From Anaerolineae bacterium (GTDB lineage: Bacteria; Chloroflexota; Anaerolineae; S140-20), in assembly GCA_027021705.1 (NCBI GenBank), contig JALUTT010000107.1, forward strand, positions 1 to 32,191: a DNA stretch of 32,191 nt. The letters run 5' to 3'. A program made the position numbers and the translations under genes. The notes beneath the pieces are model-generated. The model saw only the letters and a list, made by a program, of their open reading frames with translations. It did not search any database and was not told where the DNA came from. Shown here in pieces: positions 1 through 8,516 of the stretch (positions are counted from its first letter, which is position 1; every line of letters starts with the position of its first letter).

Positions 1-64
1 GACATTCGATCGGCTCCGGATAGCGCCCCGGTTCTACCTTGGAAATCTTCACCCTCAGACGCAT
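1..64 (-). CDS. 5' fragment of a gene running off the window (MRLRVKISKVEPGRYPEPIEC...), possibly an IS transposase with an N-terminal Zn ribbon
   Basis: ATG at 64-62 preceded by GGAGGAGGTGA and a TATAAT at 97-92 on the minus strand. Only 21 codons are visible; the transposase call is a resemblance recalled from memory. Confidence 0.4.
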   Translation of the reverse strand, partial: MRLRVKISKVEPGRYPEPIEC

Positions 65-144
65 AGCTCACCTCCTCCTGCTACTGCCCTCATTATACAC
101 CTTTTTCACCAGTTGTGGAACAGTCACTGTTGTTTTGAAGCGTC

Positions 145-173
145 TTGACAAAGCTTCAAAACTGTGCTATAAA
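145..173 (+). promoter_or_regulatory. sigma70-type promoter for the S8 protease
   Basis: TTGACA(145-150)-17 bp-TATAAA(168-173) with an extended -10 TG. A perfect 10-bp inverted repeat, GTTTTGAAGC(132-141)/GCTTCAAAAC(153-162), brackets the -35. Confidence 0.7.
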
Positions 174-576
174 GGTCACTAGGATCCTTTGCAGTGAGCA
201 AGTACCCCGGTAGATTGCCGTGAAGGCTCGGACAGGTGCTCGGAATCCGTCCAGCCTGAACCAGCAGAGCAGTCAGGGCTTCCTGCCAGCTTTGCCACTA
301 TTCTCCTCTTTGCCCCTGACACGATTCCTCGGTAGTACGTATCTAAGCGCCAGTGCCTCGTCGAACCCTCCTGGGGTCTCGGCCTAATCTTAACTGTCTC
401 CACGTTGCTGGTGCACCGGTGCACCAGCACGCTTGGGGTTGGTGTTCTTCCTGACCTTGGTGGAAAGGAGGTGATGCTGGCAGAAGAAAGTGTCTCCCAC
501 CGACCGGCTTCTCTCTTCTATCTGTCGTCGGCTCTCAGCTAATCTAGCAATGTCCAGGTAGGTGAAGGAGGAAGAA

Positions 577-3500
577 ATGCCAAATAGGCTATGGCAAGCG
601 GTTGCCTTCCTGATGGTACTGTTGTTGGCTCTCCCTGTCGCCTCTATGCAAGCCGATCAGAATCCGGTCTCGACGGGAGAAGGGCCGACTTTCACCGGTG
701 TAGAGGTGGAGGACCTGGGGCTCTTCGGAGGAGATTCCGGTGTTCGTACCGGCGTGCGCGTGATCGTGGAGCTGGCTGATCCTCCCCTGGCTGCCTATGG
801 AGGCTCTCTGGCGGGACTCCCTGCACCGGCCCGCCTGCCCGATGGCAAGATCAGCATCCAATCGGCCGAGGCCCAGCGCTACCTGGACTATCTGGCCAAG
901 CAGCAACTGGCCTTTCGAGCAGCCTTGGCGCGGGCTCTGCCAGAGGCTGGAGTGGCCCAGTACCTGGATGAGCAGGGGCGGGCTCGTGACCTTTCTTACC
1001 GTTTCGCCTTCAATGGGATGACCATCCACCTCCCCCAGGCGGACCGGGAGAGCCTTATCCGGCTGGCTCGGCTACCTGGAGTGAAGGCGATCTACCCCGT
1101 CGTGGCTTACGAGATCACGATGGATGCCAGCCTGCCTTTGCTGGGATTGGTGGATGATGCCAACGACAACGGACTGGACCCCAGCGACGCCGATGCTGGC
1201 CTCTGGGATGCTGTTGGCGGCCACGCCAATGCGGGTGCCGGACTCAAGGTCGCCCTGCTTGACACAGGCGTGGCTCAGGACCATCCTTTCTTCGATCCGA
1301 CGGGCTATACCTACCCTGCAGGCTTCCCCAAGGGGGACACCCGCTACACCACCCCCAAGGTGATCGTCGCCCGAGGCTACTACCGTCCCGATGATCCCCC
1401 CCAGAACCCCGGCCCCTATGACTACAACGGTCACGGCTCCCACACGGGCGGAACCATCGCCGGCAACTACGGCACTGTAGCCACGGTGGGTACCTATACC
1501 CAAACGGTGAGCGGTGTTGCTCCGAGGGCCTATCTGATGAACTACCAACTCTTCTACCTGGCGGAGAGTGGGAGTGAGTCGGCCTACAACGCCGAGATCC
1601 TCAAAGCCTTCGACGACCTGATCGCCGATGGGGCCGACGTGACCAGCAACTCCTGGAGCGGGCCGGATAACTTGCTGCCGGCGGCCGATCCCCTGATGCA
1701 GGCCGTCGCCAATATCGCTGCGGCAGGTATCGTGCCTGTCTTCGCTGCCGGGAACTCTGGTCCGGGACAGAGCAGTGCCCACCCGCCCTCCTGGGCCCCC
1801 GAGGCCATCAGCGTGGGGGCGAGCACGACGAGCCGCCTCTTTGGGAACGACCTGGACGTTACGGCTCCTGCCACCGTCCCTGTTACCTTGACTAACATCA
1901 TCGCGGTGCCGGCTGCCTTCGGCCCCACCATTACCCAGACGGTGGGTCCGGCGGTCTACACCTACGTGGGCGACGCCTGTAGCGCCATCAGCACCGATCT
2001 GACCGGGAAGATCGCCCTGATTATCCGGGGTGGCTGCTACTTCACGACCAAGGTGCAGAACGCTCAGGATGCCGGCGCCATCGCCGCCGTCGTCTACAAC
2101 AACCGGACCAATGCTCCACCCATCACGATGGGTGGTACGAGCACGACCATTAAGATCCCGGCGGTGATGGTGGGCAACAAGCAGGGCGGGGACCTGAAGA
2201 GCTGGGAGGCCACCAACTCCGGAACCGCTCAACTGCAGATCAGCGCCGATACGACGCGCAACGGTCACGACCATCCCGCCGACATCATCGCCGACTTCAG
2301 CGGGCGTGGTCCTGGGCTGGGCAGCCTGACCATCAAGCCCGATGTAGTGGCCCCTGGTGTGGACATCCTGTCGGCCTACTACAACTCCGAGACCGGCAAG
2401 GTGGACGGGTGGGGAGCCATCCAGGGCACCAGTATGGCGACGCCCCACGTGGCCGGTGCCGCTGTGTTGCTCAAGCAACTCCATCCCAGCTGGTCTCCGG
2501 CCCAGATCAAGAGCGCCCTGATGAGCACGGCCACGGGCGTCGAAGGAACCCTCTACAACGACTACGCCCAGACCGGCGTGGCCGGCGTGATGGACCGGGG
2601 CGCGGGACGCATTGACCTGAGCAAGGCCGGGGACCCTGGTCTGACCTTCGATAGGCCCAGCGTCTCCTTCGGGCAGATGATGCCGGGGCAGACCGCGTCC
2701 GTGACCATCGAGGCGACCGACGTCGTCTCCCACACCGGGACCTTCACCTACACCATCACCATCAGTGAGACGGGAGACGTTACCACCACCGCCTACTTCA
2801 CGGCCGGCACGAGTGTCACCCAGTTGGGCTTCACCGGTGCTGGTGACACGGCGACCTTCAACGTGACGATGGAGATTGCCCCCAACGCGCCGGCCGGTGA
2901 CTACGAAGGGCTGGTCTGGCTGCGGCACGGCCCTCACAGCGCCCATATCCCCTTCTGGGTGCGCGTGAAGCCGACGGCGACCGTCAAGGACATCCTGCTT
3001 GTTGACGACAGCCTGTCCTCCCTTGGTGTGGGCACCAGCTACCTCTCTTACTACACCAGCACGCTGGAGAGCCTAGGCTACACCTACGACGTGCTGGACA
3101 CCGGCTACATCTATGCCGGCCTGGTCTCCTTCCCCTCCCTAGCCGAACTCCAGGCCTACAAGGCGATCGTCTGGTTCACCGGCGACAGCTACTACACCTA
3201 CTACCACTTGGGTGTGGATGTCGCCTCCGGGCACCGGATGATTGACTACCTGCGCAGCGGCGGCCGGCTGCTGATGACTGGTCAGGACTTCAGCGGCTAT
3301 GACCTGGGGTCCACCTACGGCAAGCCCTACCTGGTCACCATCGGGGCGGGGGCGGAGGAGATCGTCGAAGACCAGTTTGACCCATCCACCGCGCCCTTCC
3401 CGGTGGTTGAAGGGATGCCCAGCGTGGCCGCCTTCCAGGGGATGCTCCTGGACCTCGGCCCGTCGGGGGATGGGGCCAACAACCAGGAGTACGTGGATGA

Positions 3501-4410
3501 AGTCACCGCCTACGGTGGGGACTACGGCAGCGAAGTCTTTCTGCGCAGCCTGATGCCGGGCGCAACCAAGGGTGGTGGAGTTGGCCTCCTGCGTCACTTG
3601 GAGTACACTTTGGAGAGCCCCAATACCCTCTCCGGCCCTGACTATCGTGCGGTCTATCTGGCCTTCGGCCTGGAAGGGATCAACAACACCTCGGGTTACA
3701 CCAGCCGGAAGGACTTTATGAAGGCGCTCCTGAACTTCCTGCTGGACGAGGTGAGCGTGACGCTGACCGGTGCCGGCGCTCCCAACGATGTTGCCACCCT
3801 GAAGGCGGAAGTCACGTCCTCGGTTGGTGCGACGGGCGTTCGTTATCGCTGGGACTTCGGCGATGGCAGCCCCATCGTTGAGACGACTACAGCCGAAGTG
3901 ACCCACGTCTACACCAGCACCGGCACCTACACGGCCCGGGTGGAGGTCACCGACAGCTACGGCCACACGGCCATCGGTTCGGCACCCGTCTTGGTCACCG
4001 CTGCCGGCAGCACGACGAAGTCGGTGGACAAGAGCCTGGCCTACGTCGGGGATGAGTTGACCTATACCATCGTGCTCAAGAACACCAGCCTGGTCACGAC
4101 CACCGTCGCGCTGACGGATACACTGCCCACCTACACTGACTACGTCTCCCACACCGTCGGCACCATCGCGCCTCCCAGCAGCGGCACCGGTACCTGGAGC
4201 GCGCCGGAGCTCCGCTGGAGTGGCAGCTTGGCACCGGGCGCGGTCGTCACCCTGACCCTCACCGTCAAGATCACCGGCAACGCGCCCGTGGGCGGGAAGA
4301 TCGTGAACACGGCCCTAGTCGGCACGCCCGATGGCGTCTTCACCAAGTCGGCGGAAACCACAGTTGGGGCTCGCGTCTTCTTGCCTCTCGTGATGCGCAA
4401 CTATCCTTAG
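577..4410 (+). CDS. Secreted multidomain S8 (subtilisin/Vpr-like) serine protease: signal peptide, I9-like propeptide, S8 with PA insert, Fn3-like, PKD and DUF11 domains, Chloroflexi-type C-terminal tail
   Basis: Catalytic motifs LLDTG, HGSHTGG and GTSMATPHVAG; PA motif GKIALIIRGGCYF; PKD motif YRWDFGDG; DUF11-like KSVDK..GDELTYTI; ends ARVFLPLVMRNYP. Start moved to ATG 577 after AAGGAGG. Confidence 0.93.
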   Translation: MPNRLWQAVAFLMVLLLALPVASMQADQNPVSTGEGPTFTGVEVEDLGLFGGDSGVRTGVRVIVELADPPLAAYGGSLAGLPAPARLPDGKISIQSAEAQRYLDYLAKQQLAFRAALARALPEAGVAQYLDEQGRARDLSYRFAFNGMTIHLPQADRESLIRLARLPGVKAIYPVVAYEITMDASLPLLGLVDDANDNGLDPSDADAGLWDAVGGHANAGAGLKVALLDTGVAQDHPFFDPTGYTYPAGFPKGDTRYTTPKVIVARGYYRPDDPPQNPGPYDYNGHGSHTGGTIAGNYGTVATVGTYTQTVSGVAPRAYLMNYQLFYLAESGSESAYNAEILKAFDDLIADGADVTSNSWSGPDNLLPAADPLMQAVANIAAAGIVPVFAAGNSGPGQSSAHPPSWAPEAISVGASTTSRLFGNDLDVTAPATVPVTLTNIIAVPAAFGPTITQTVGPAVYTYVGDACSAISTDLTGKIALIIRGGCYFTTKVQNAQDAGAIAAVVYNNRTNAPPITMGGTSTTIKIPAVMVGNKQGGDLKSWEATNSGTAQLQISADTTRNGHDHPADIIADFSGRGPGLGSLTIKPDVVAPGVDILSAYYNSETGKVDGWGAIQGTSMATPHVAGAAVLLKQLHPSWSPAQIKSALMSTATGVEGTLYNDYAQTGVAGVMDRGAGRIDLSKAGDPGLTFDRPSVSFGQMMPGQTASVTIEATDVVSHTGTFTYTITISETGDVTTTAYFTAGTSVTQLGFTGAGDTATFNVTMEIAPNAPAGDYEGLVWLRHGPHSAHIPFWVRVKPTATVKDILLVDDSLSSLGVGTSYLSYYTSTLESLGYTYDVLDTGYIYAGLVSFPSLAELQAYKAIVWFTGDSYYTYYHLGVDVASGHRMIDYLRSGGRLLMTGQDFSGYDLGSTYGKPYLVTIGAGAEEIVEDQFDPSTAPFPVVEGMPSVAAFQGMLLDLGPSGDGANNQEYVDEVTAYGGDYGSEVFLRSLMPGATKGGGVGLLRHLEYTLESPNTLSGPDYRAVYLAFGLEGINNTSGYTSRKDFMKALLNFLLDEVSVTLTGAGAPNDVATLKAEVTSSVGATGVRYRWDFGDGSPIVETTTAEVTHVYTSTGTYTARVEVTDSYGHTAIGSAPVLVTAAGSTTKSVDKSLAYVGDELTYTIVLKNTSLVTTTVALTDTLPTYTDYVSHTVGTIAPPSSGTGTWSAPELRWSGSLAPGAVVTLTLTVKITGNAPVGGKIVNTALVGTPDGVFTKSAETTVGARVFLPLVMRNYP

Positions 4411-4437
4411 ATCGCGCTTCGAGATACCTGGCGATCG

Positions 4438-4473
4438 AAAAGAGGGTCAACCCAATCGGTTGGCCCTCTTTTT
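4438..4473 (+). terminator. Rho-independent terminator
   Basis: AAAAGAGGGTCAACC-caatc-GGTTGGCCCTCTTTTT hairpin with T tract just after the protease stop. Confidence 0.85.
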
Positions 4474-4584
4474 GCACTCTTGTGATTCGGTAGACAACCT
4501 CCCCGCGCTCTACTCATAGGGACCTGATCCTATCTCCGGCGCCAAGAGTGCGTCAGAGCCGAAAGGCCCGTGCCCCAAGAACCC

Positions 4585-4613
4585 TTGCGAGGCCATCGGG
4601 AGCGTGATATAAT
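4585..4613 (+). promoter_or_regulatory. sigma70-type promoter for the uma2-thrC-MBL hydrolase genes
   Basis: TTGCGA-17 bp-TATAAT with an extended -10 TG at 4605-4606. Confidence 0.65.
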
Positions 4614-4722
4614 GGGATTAAGGGGGTTCGGCGAGCAACCTCTACACAGGAGCAAAGGCCATCCGGGGAGGAGCGTCCCCCGGCACTCCGGCCTTCTTGA
4701 CGGATGTGGGAGGGAGCAGGCA

Positions 4723-5466
4723 ATGGACAGGCAAGGGGAAGAGGCGCTTCGAATCTTGCGAGAGCCCGGCGTGCTGACCGACGACCTGCGCCGGGAGTTG
4801 CTGGAGCTGTTGGTCTTCCCGCCGGAGAAGCGCAGGATGACCTACGAGGAGTTCCTGGAATGGGCCGATGAGGACACCCTGGCCGAGTGGGTGGATGGAG
4901 AAGTGGTGATGTACAGCCCGGCTTCTCTCAAACATCAACAGATCGCGGGATTCCTTGCCCGGGTGATGGGAGCCTATGTGGAGAGCCGGGGGATGGGTAC
5001 CGTGATCCTCGCTCCATTCCAGATGAAGCTGGCCCGTTCCGGGCGGGAGCCGGATTTGCTGTTTGTCTCCCAAGAGCACCTGGGTAGGTTGAAGAAGACC
5101 TACTTGGACGGCCCGGCCGACTTGGTGGTGGAGATCATCTCGCCGGAGAGCATCGGCCGCGACCGGGGGGAGAAGTTCTGGGAGTATCAAGAGGCCGGCA
5201 TCCCCGAATACTGGCTCATAGACCCCAACAAGAGGTGGGCCGAATTCTACGCGCTGGGGATGCCGGAGCGATACCGCTTGGTGATGGAGGGCGAGGAGGG
5301 GGTGTACCACAGCCGTGTCCTCGAGGGGTTTTGGCTCCGGATTGAGTGGTTGTGGCAGGAGCCGATGCCGGCAGTCGAAGAAGTGCTCCTGGAGGTTGGG
5401 GGGAAAGCGTATGCCCGCCGCCTGATCGAACGACTACGGGGGCAGGGGCTCCTGTCCGAAGTGTGA
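4723..5466 (+). CDS. Uma2 family (DUF820) PD-(D/E)XK endonuclease-like protein
   Basis: MTYEEFLEW..EWVDGEV..SPAS..HQ, REPDLLFV, GPADLVVEIISPES..RDRGEKF..Y..AGIPEYWLIDP; start moved to ATG 4723. Confidence 0.9.
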   Translation: MDRQGEEALRILREPGVLTDDLRRELLELLVFPPEKRRMTYEEFLEWADEDTLAEWVDGEVVMYSPASLKHQQIAGFLARVMGAYVESRGMGTVILAPFQMKLARSGREPDLLFVSQEHLGRLKKTYLDGPADLVVEIISPESIGRDRGEKFWEYQEAGIPEYWLIDPNKRWAEFYALGMPERYRLVMEGEEGVYHSRVLEGFWLRIEWLWQEPMPAVEEVLLEVGGKAYARRLIERLRGQGLLSEV

Positions 5467-5486
5467 AGCGGTTCTTGGAGGCTTTG

Positions 5487-6779
5487 ATGTCCACAACGCG
5501 ACTGGACCACGTACTCGGCCTGAAGTGCCTCATCTGCGGAGCGGAGTACCAACCTGACGAAGTGCTCTACGTCTGTCCCCACCACGGCAACGAGGGGGTC
5601 CTCGACGTCGTCTACGACTATCGGCGCATTGGCCAGCGCCTCTCGCCTCAAGCCCTGGCCCAAGACTCCACACTCTCTATCTGGCGTTACCTCCCCTTGC
5701 TGCCTGTGGAGCCCGGAGTGGTGGCCCGGGTGCGCCCTGTCGGCGCCCGGCTTCCTCACCACCCCCTCTTCTCCGTCGGCTGGACACCGCTGTACGAGAG
5801 CCCGACCCTGGCCCAAGAACTGGGCCTGGCCGCCGTCTATGTGAAGAACGATGGGCTGAACCCCAGCGCTTCGTTCAAAGACCGTGCCTCGGCCATCGCC
5901 GTCATCAAGGCGCTGGAGATGGGACGGCGGGTGATCGCCGCGGCCAGCACCGGGAACGCGGCCTCCTCCCTGGCCGCGCTCTCGGCCAGCCTGGGCCTGG
6001 AGAACATCATCTTTGTCCCTGCTTCCGCCCCTCAGGCTAAGATCGCCCAGCTCCTGATCTTCGGTGCGACTGTGCTGGCCGTGCGGGGCTCTTACGATCA
6101 GGCCTTCGACCTCTGCCTGGAGGCCTCCCAGACCTACGGATGGTACAATCGGAACACGGCCTACAACCCCTATATGAGCGAGGGGAAAAAGACGGCGGCC
6201 TACGAGATCGTGGAGCAGTTGGAGTGGGAGGTGCCCGACCGGGTCTTCGTCGGCGTCGGCGACGGGTGCATCATCGGCGGGCTCTACAAGGGCTTCTCCG
6301 ACCTGCTGGCCCTGGGATGGATTGACCGAATGCCCCGGCTGATGGGAGTGCAGGCGGCCGGCTCGGCGGCGATGGTTCATGCGTGGCGGGCGGGGATGGA
6401 TCCAATGGCGATGGAGCCCATCGAGGCCCACACCATTGCTGATAGCATCAGCGCCGGGCTCCCTCGGGATCGGATCAAGGCGATGCGGGCCGTTGTGGAG
6501 AGCGATGGGGCCTACATCGCTGTGACCGACGAGGAGATCCTGGCCGCGATGCCGGTTCTGGCCCGCAAGGCGGGCGTCTTCGCGGAGCCGGCTGGTGCTG
6601 CCCCCTACGCCGGGCTGGTCAAGGCGGTGCACGAGGGTCTGGTAGGCCCTCAGGAACGGGTCGTGGTGCTGGCCACGGGGAACGGGCTGAAGGATGTGTC
6701 CAGTGCGATGAAAGCTGCCGGCACCCCTCACATCATCGAGCCCTCTCTGGAAGCGGTGCGGCGTGTGATTCCCTCGTGA
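5487..6779 (+). CDS. thrC: Threonine synthase (PLP fold type II)
   Basis: N-terminal CxxC..CP, NPSASFKDR (PLP lysine), ASTGNAA, EGKKT, TIADSI, TGNGLKD; ATG 5487 after GGAGG. Confidence 0.88.
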   Translation: MSTTRLDHVLGLKCLICGAEYQPDEVLYVCPHHGNEGVLDVVYDYRRIGQRLSPQALAQDSTLSIWRYLPLLPVEPGVVARVRPVGARLPHHPLFSVGWTPLYESPTLAQELGLAAVYVKNDGLNPSASFKDRASAIAVIKALEMGRRVIAAASTGNAASSLAALSASLGLENIIFVPASAPQAKIAQLLIFGATVLAVRGSYDQAFDLCLEASQTYGWYNRNTAYNPYMSEGKKTAAYEIVEQLEWEVPDRVFVGVGDGCIIGGLYKGFSDLLALGWIDRMPRLMGVQAAGSAAMVHAWRAGMDPMAMEPIEAHTIADSISAGLPRDRIKAMRAVVESDGAYIAVTDEEILAAMPVLARKAGVFAEPAGAAPYAGLVKAVHEGLVGPQERVVVLATGNGLKDVSSAMKAAGTPHIIEPSLEAVRRVIPS

Positions 6780-6846
6780 TCTCCTGCAGGTTGGCAATCG
6801 AACGTCTCAGGAAGCAGGTTTGAGAGGCTAAGGAGGAGTTGCCCCG

Positions 6847-7644
6847 GTGTTGAAGGTGACCTTTCTGGGTTCTGGTGCTGCCGTCCCTGCTGCTGGTCGG
6901 ACCAACATCGCCCTGGTGGTTGAGAGCGACAAACACGCCCCTCTGCTGATCGAGTGTGGCCCGACGATTCTGCTTCAGTTGACCAAAGTGGGTATCCCCC
7001 CCGACCGCATCCGCTATCTCTTCCTCTCCCATCGCCACGGCGACCACACGCTGGGGGTGCCGATGTTCCTGCTTTACCGCAAGTTGTACAACCGGGGGTC
7101 TCCCCTGACCATCTTGGCCGGTCGAGATACACTCCAGACAGCCCGGACGCTGACAGACCTGGTCTACCCAGGCATCCTGACCCTGCCTGATCACGTAGAG
7201 TGGCATCCCCTGCCCGAAGGAGAGGCCGGTCACGAGGAACTGGCTTCGGGCCTGCTTCTCACCACCATTCCGGCTCCCCACGTCCCTGGCATCCCCTCAC
7301 TGGCTCTGCGGCTGGACTTCCTGGATGAGGGCCGTTCCCTCGTCTACTCGGCTGATACCGGCCCCAGTTCCGATCTGGTCAGCCTGGCCGCCGGATGTGA
7401 TCTGCTGATTCATGAAGCTAACTTCTGCGAAGCGCTCATGCCGGAGGTCAATCCTGCCTCCTATGGTCACTCTACCGCCCGCATCGCGGGGCGGGCCGCT
7501 GCTCAGGCGGGTTGTCGTCTCCTGGCCCTCGTCCACATCCACGATGCCTATGGCGGACGGGAGGAGGTCCTGGCCAAGGAGGCGGCGACGGAGTTCTCCG
7601 GTCAGGTGCTTGTGCCCCAGGATGGCACGGTGCTCTACCTCTAG
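6847..7644 (+). CDS. MBL-fold metallo-hydrolase, RNase Z/BN-like
   Basis: FLGSG, SHRHGDH, YSADT, LLIHEA, GHST, LVHI motifs; GTG after AGGAGG. Confidence 0.85.
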   Translation: MLKVTFLGSGAAVPAAGRTNIALVVESDKHAPLLIECGPTILLQLTKVGIPPDRIRYLFLSHRHGDHTLGVPMFLLYRKLYNRGSPLTILAGRDTLQTARTLTDLVYPGILTLPDHVEWHPLPEGEAGHEELASGLLLTTIPAPHVPGIPSLALRLDFLDEGRSLVYSADTGPSSDLVSLAAGCDLLIHEANFCEALMPEVNPASYGHSTARIAGRAAAQAGCRLLALVHIHDAYGGREEVLAKEAATEFSGQVLVPQDGTVLYL

Positions 7645-7654
7645 TTGACGATTG

Positions 7655-7663
7655 TGGTATAAT
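7655..7663 (+). promoter_or_regulatory. Extended -10 promoter upstream of the partner-switching operon
   Basis: TGGTATAAT about 40 bp before the ATG at 7703; no correctly spaced -35. Confidence 0.5.
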
Positions 7664-7702
7664 GAGGCCAGGCTCCCGAACTCTTATCCAGCCTGAACTG
7701 CG

Positions 7703-8155
7703 ATGGGCCACAGACCCCGGATCGTCGAACTGACCATCCCCAGCGAGTACGGCTACGAGAAGCTGGCTATGAGGTTGGCTGGCAGCGTAGCCGAGGAGAT
7801 GGGGTTCACCCCCGACCGGGTGCAGGACCTCCAGACGGCGGTGGCTGAAGCCTGTCTGAACGCCATCGAACATGGCAACCGTCTGGAGGCCGATACTCAA
7901 GTGCTGATCTTGCTCAGTATCGAGCCTGACCGGCTGGCCATAGATGTCCGGGATGAGGGCCGGGGCGGTCCTCCTCCCTCGGAAGTCCCCGAACCTGACA
8001 TCGAGCAGCAGGTCGCCGGGCTGATGCCCACCCGTCGCCTGGGGATGTACCTGATCAAGCATCTGGTTGACGAAGCCGGGTTCGTCGAACCGGAAATGGG
8101 CGGTGGAAATCTTTTCCGCATGGTTATCCACCTGCAGCGGAATCGGGAGAGTTGA
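7703..8155 (+). CDS. Anti-sigma factor / Ser-Thr kinase, RsbW/SpoIIAB-like (HATPase_c_2)
   Basis: AVAEACLNAIEHGN (N box), VRDEGRG (G1), RRLGMYLIKHLVDE (G2). Confidence 0.9.
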   Translation: MGHRPRIVELTIPSEYGYEKLAMRLAGSVAEEMGFTPDRVQDLQTAVAEACLNAIEHGNRLEADTQVLILLSIEPDRLAIDVRDEGRGGPPPSEVPEPDIEQQVAGLMPTRRLGMYLIKHLVDEAGFVEPEMGGGNLFRMVIHLQRNRES

Positions 8156-8156
8156 C

Positions 8157-8516
8157 ATGCTGAACAGACCCCTCAAAGTCCATCTAAGGCGCGTCGGCGA
8201 TGCCGTTATCATTGACCTGGTAGGCGATCTCAATCACCAGGGAGAGACTACCCTCAAGGAAGCCTATCAGCAAGCCACGGTGGACAATACCCGTCGGATC
8301 TTCTTCAACTTCGAGCGAACGGATTACATCAACACCTCGGGCATCGCCATCCTCATCTCCATTGTGATGGAAGCCCAGAAGGCTGGCCAGCAAGTCGGAC
8401 TCTTCGGAGTCAGCCCTCATTACCAGAAGATCTTTCAGCTCGTGCGCCTCCCTCTCTACGCCAATATCTACACCACCGAGCAAGAAGCGCTCGCCAGCGT
8501 CGTCCAGAGTCAATGA
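8157..8516 (+). CDS. STAS-domain anti-sigma factor antagonist, RsbV/SpoIIAA-like
   Basis: IIDLVGDL, FNFERTDYINTSGIAIL, KIFQLVRL; ATG 8157; stop overlaps the next start (ATGA). Confidence 0.9.
   Translation: MLNRPLKVHLRRVGDAVIIDLVGDLNHQGETTLKEAYQQATVDNTRRIFFNFERTDYINTSGIAILISIVMEAQKAGQQVGLFGVSPHYQKIFQLVRLPLYANIYTTEQEALASVVQSQ

Noticed and set aside
474..542. 22-aa leader peptide MLAEESVSHRPASLFYLSSALS
   Set aside because: The ATG overlaps the SD itself, there is no telling codon run, and the second motif copy has no equivalent ORF
1072..4152. Long minus-strand ORFs of 624 and 337 aa
   Set aside because: Antisense shadows of the high-GC protease gene with no motifs; the same applies to 5247-6797, 13882-16263, 27915-29183 and similar ORFs
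4614..4722. Thr attenuator or T-box upstream of uma2-thrC
   Set aside because: GC-rich hairpins are present, but there is no T-box consensus, Thr-rich peptide or U-tract terminator
7645..7650. TTGACG as a -35 element
   Set aside because: Only 7 bp from the TATAAT
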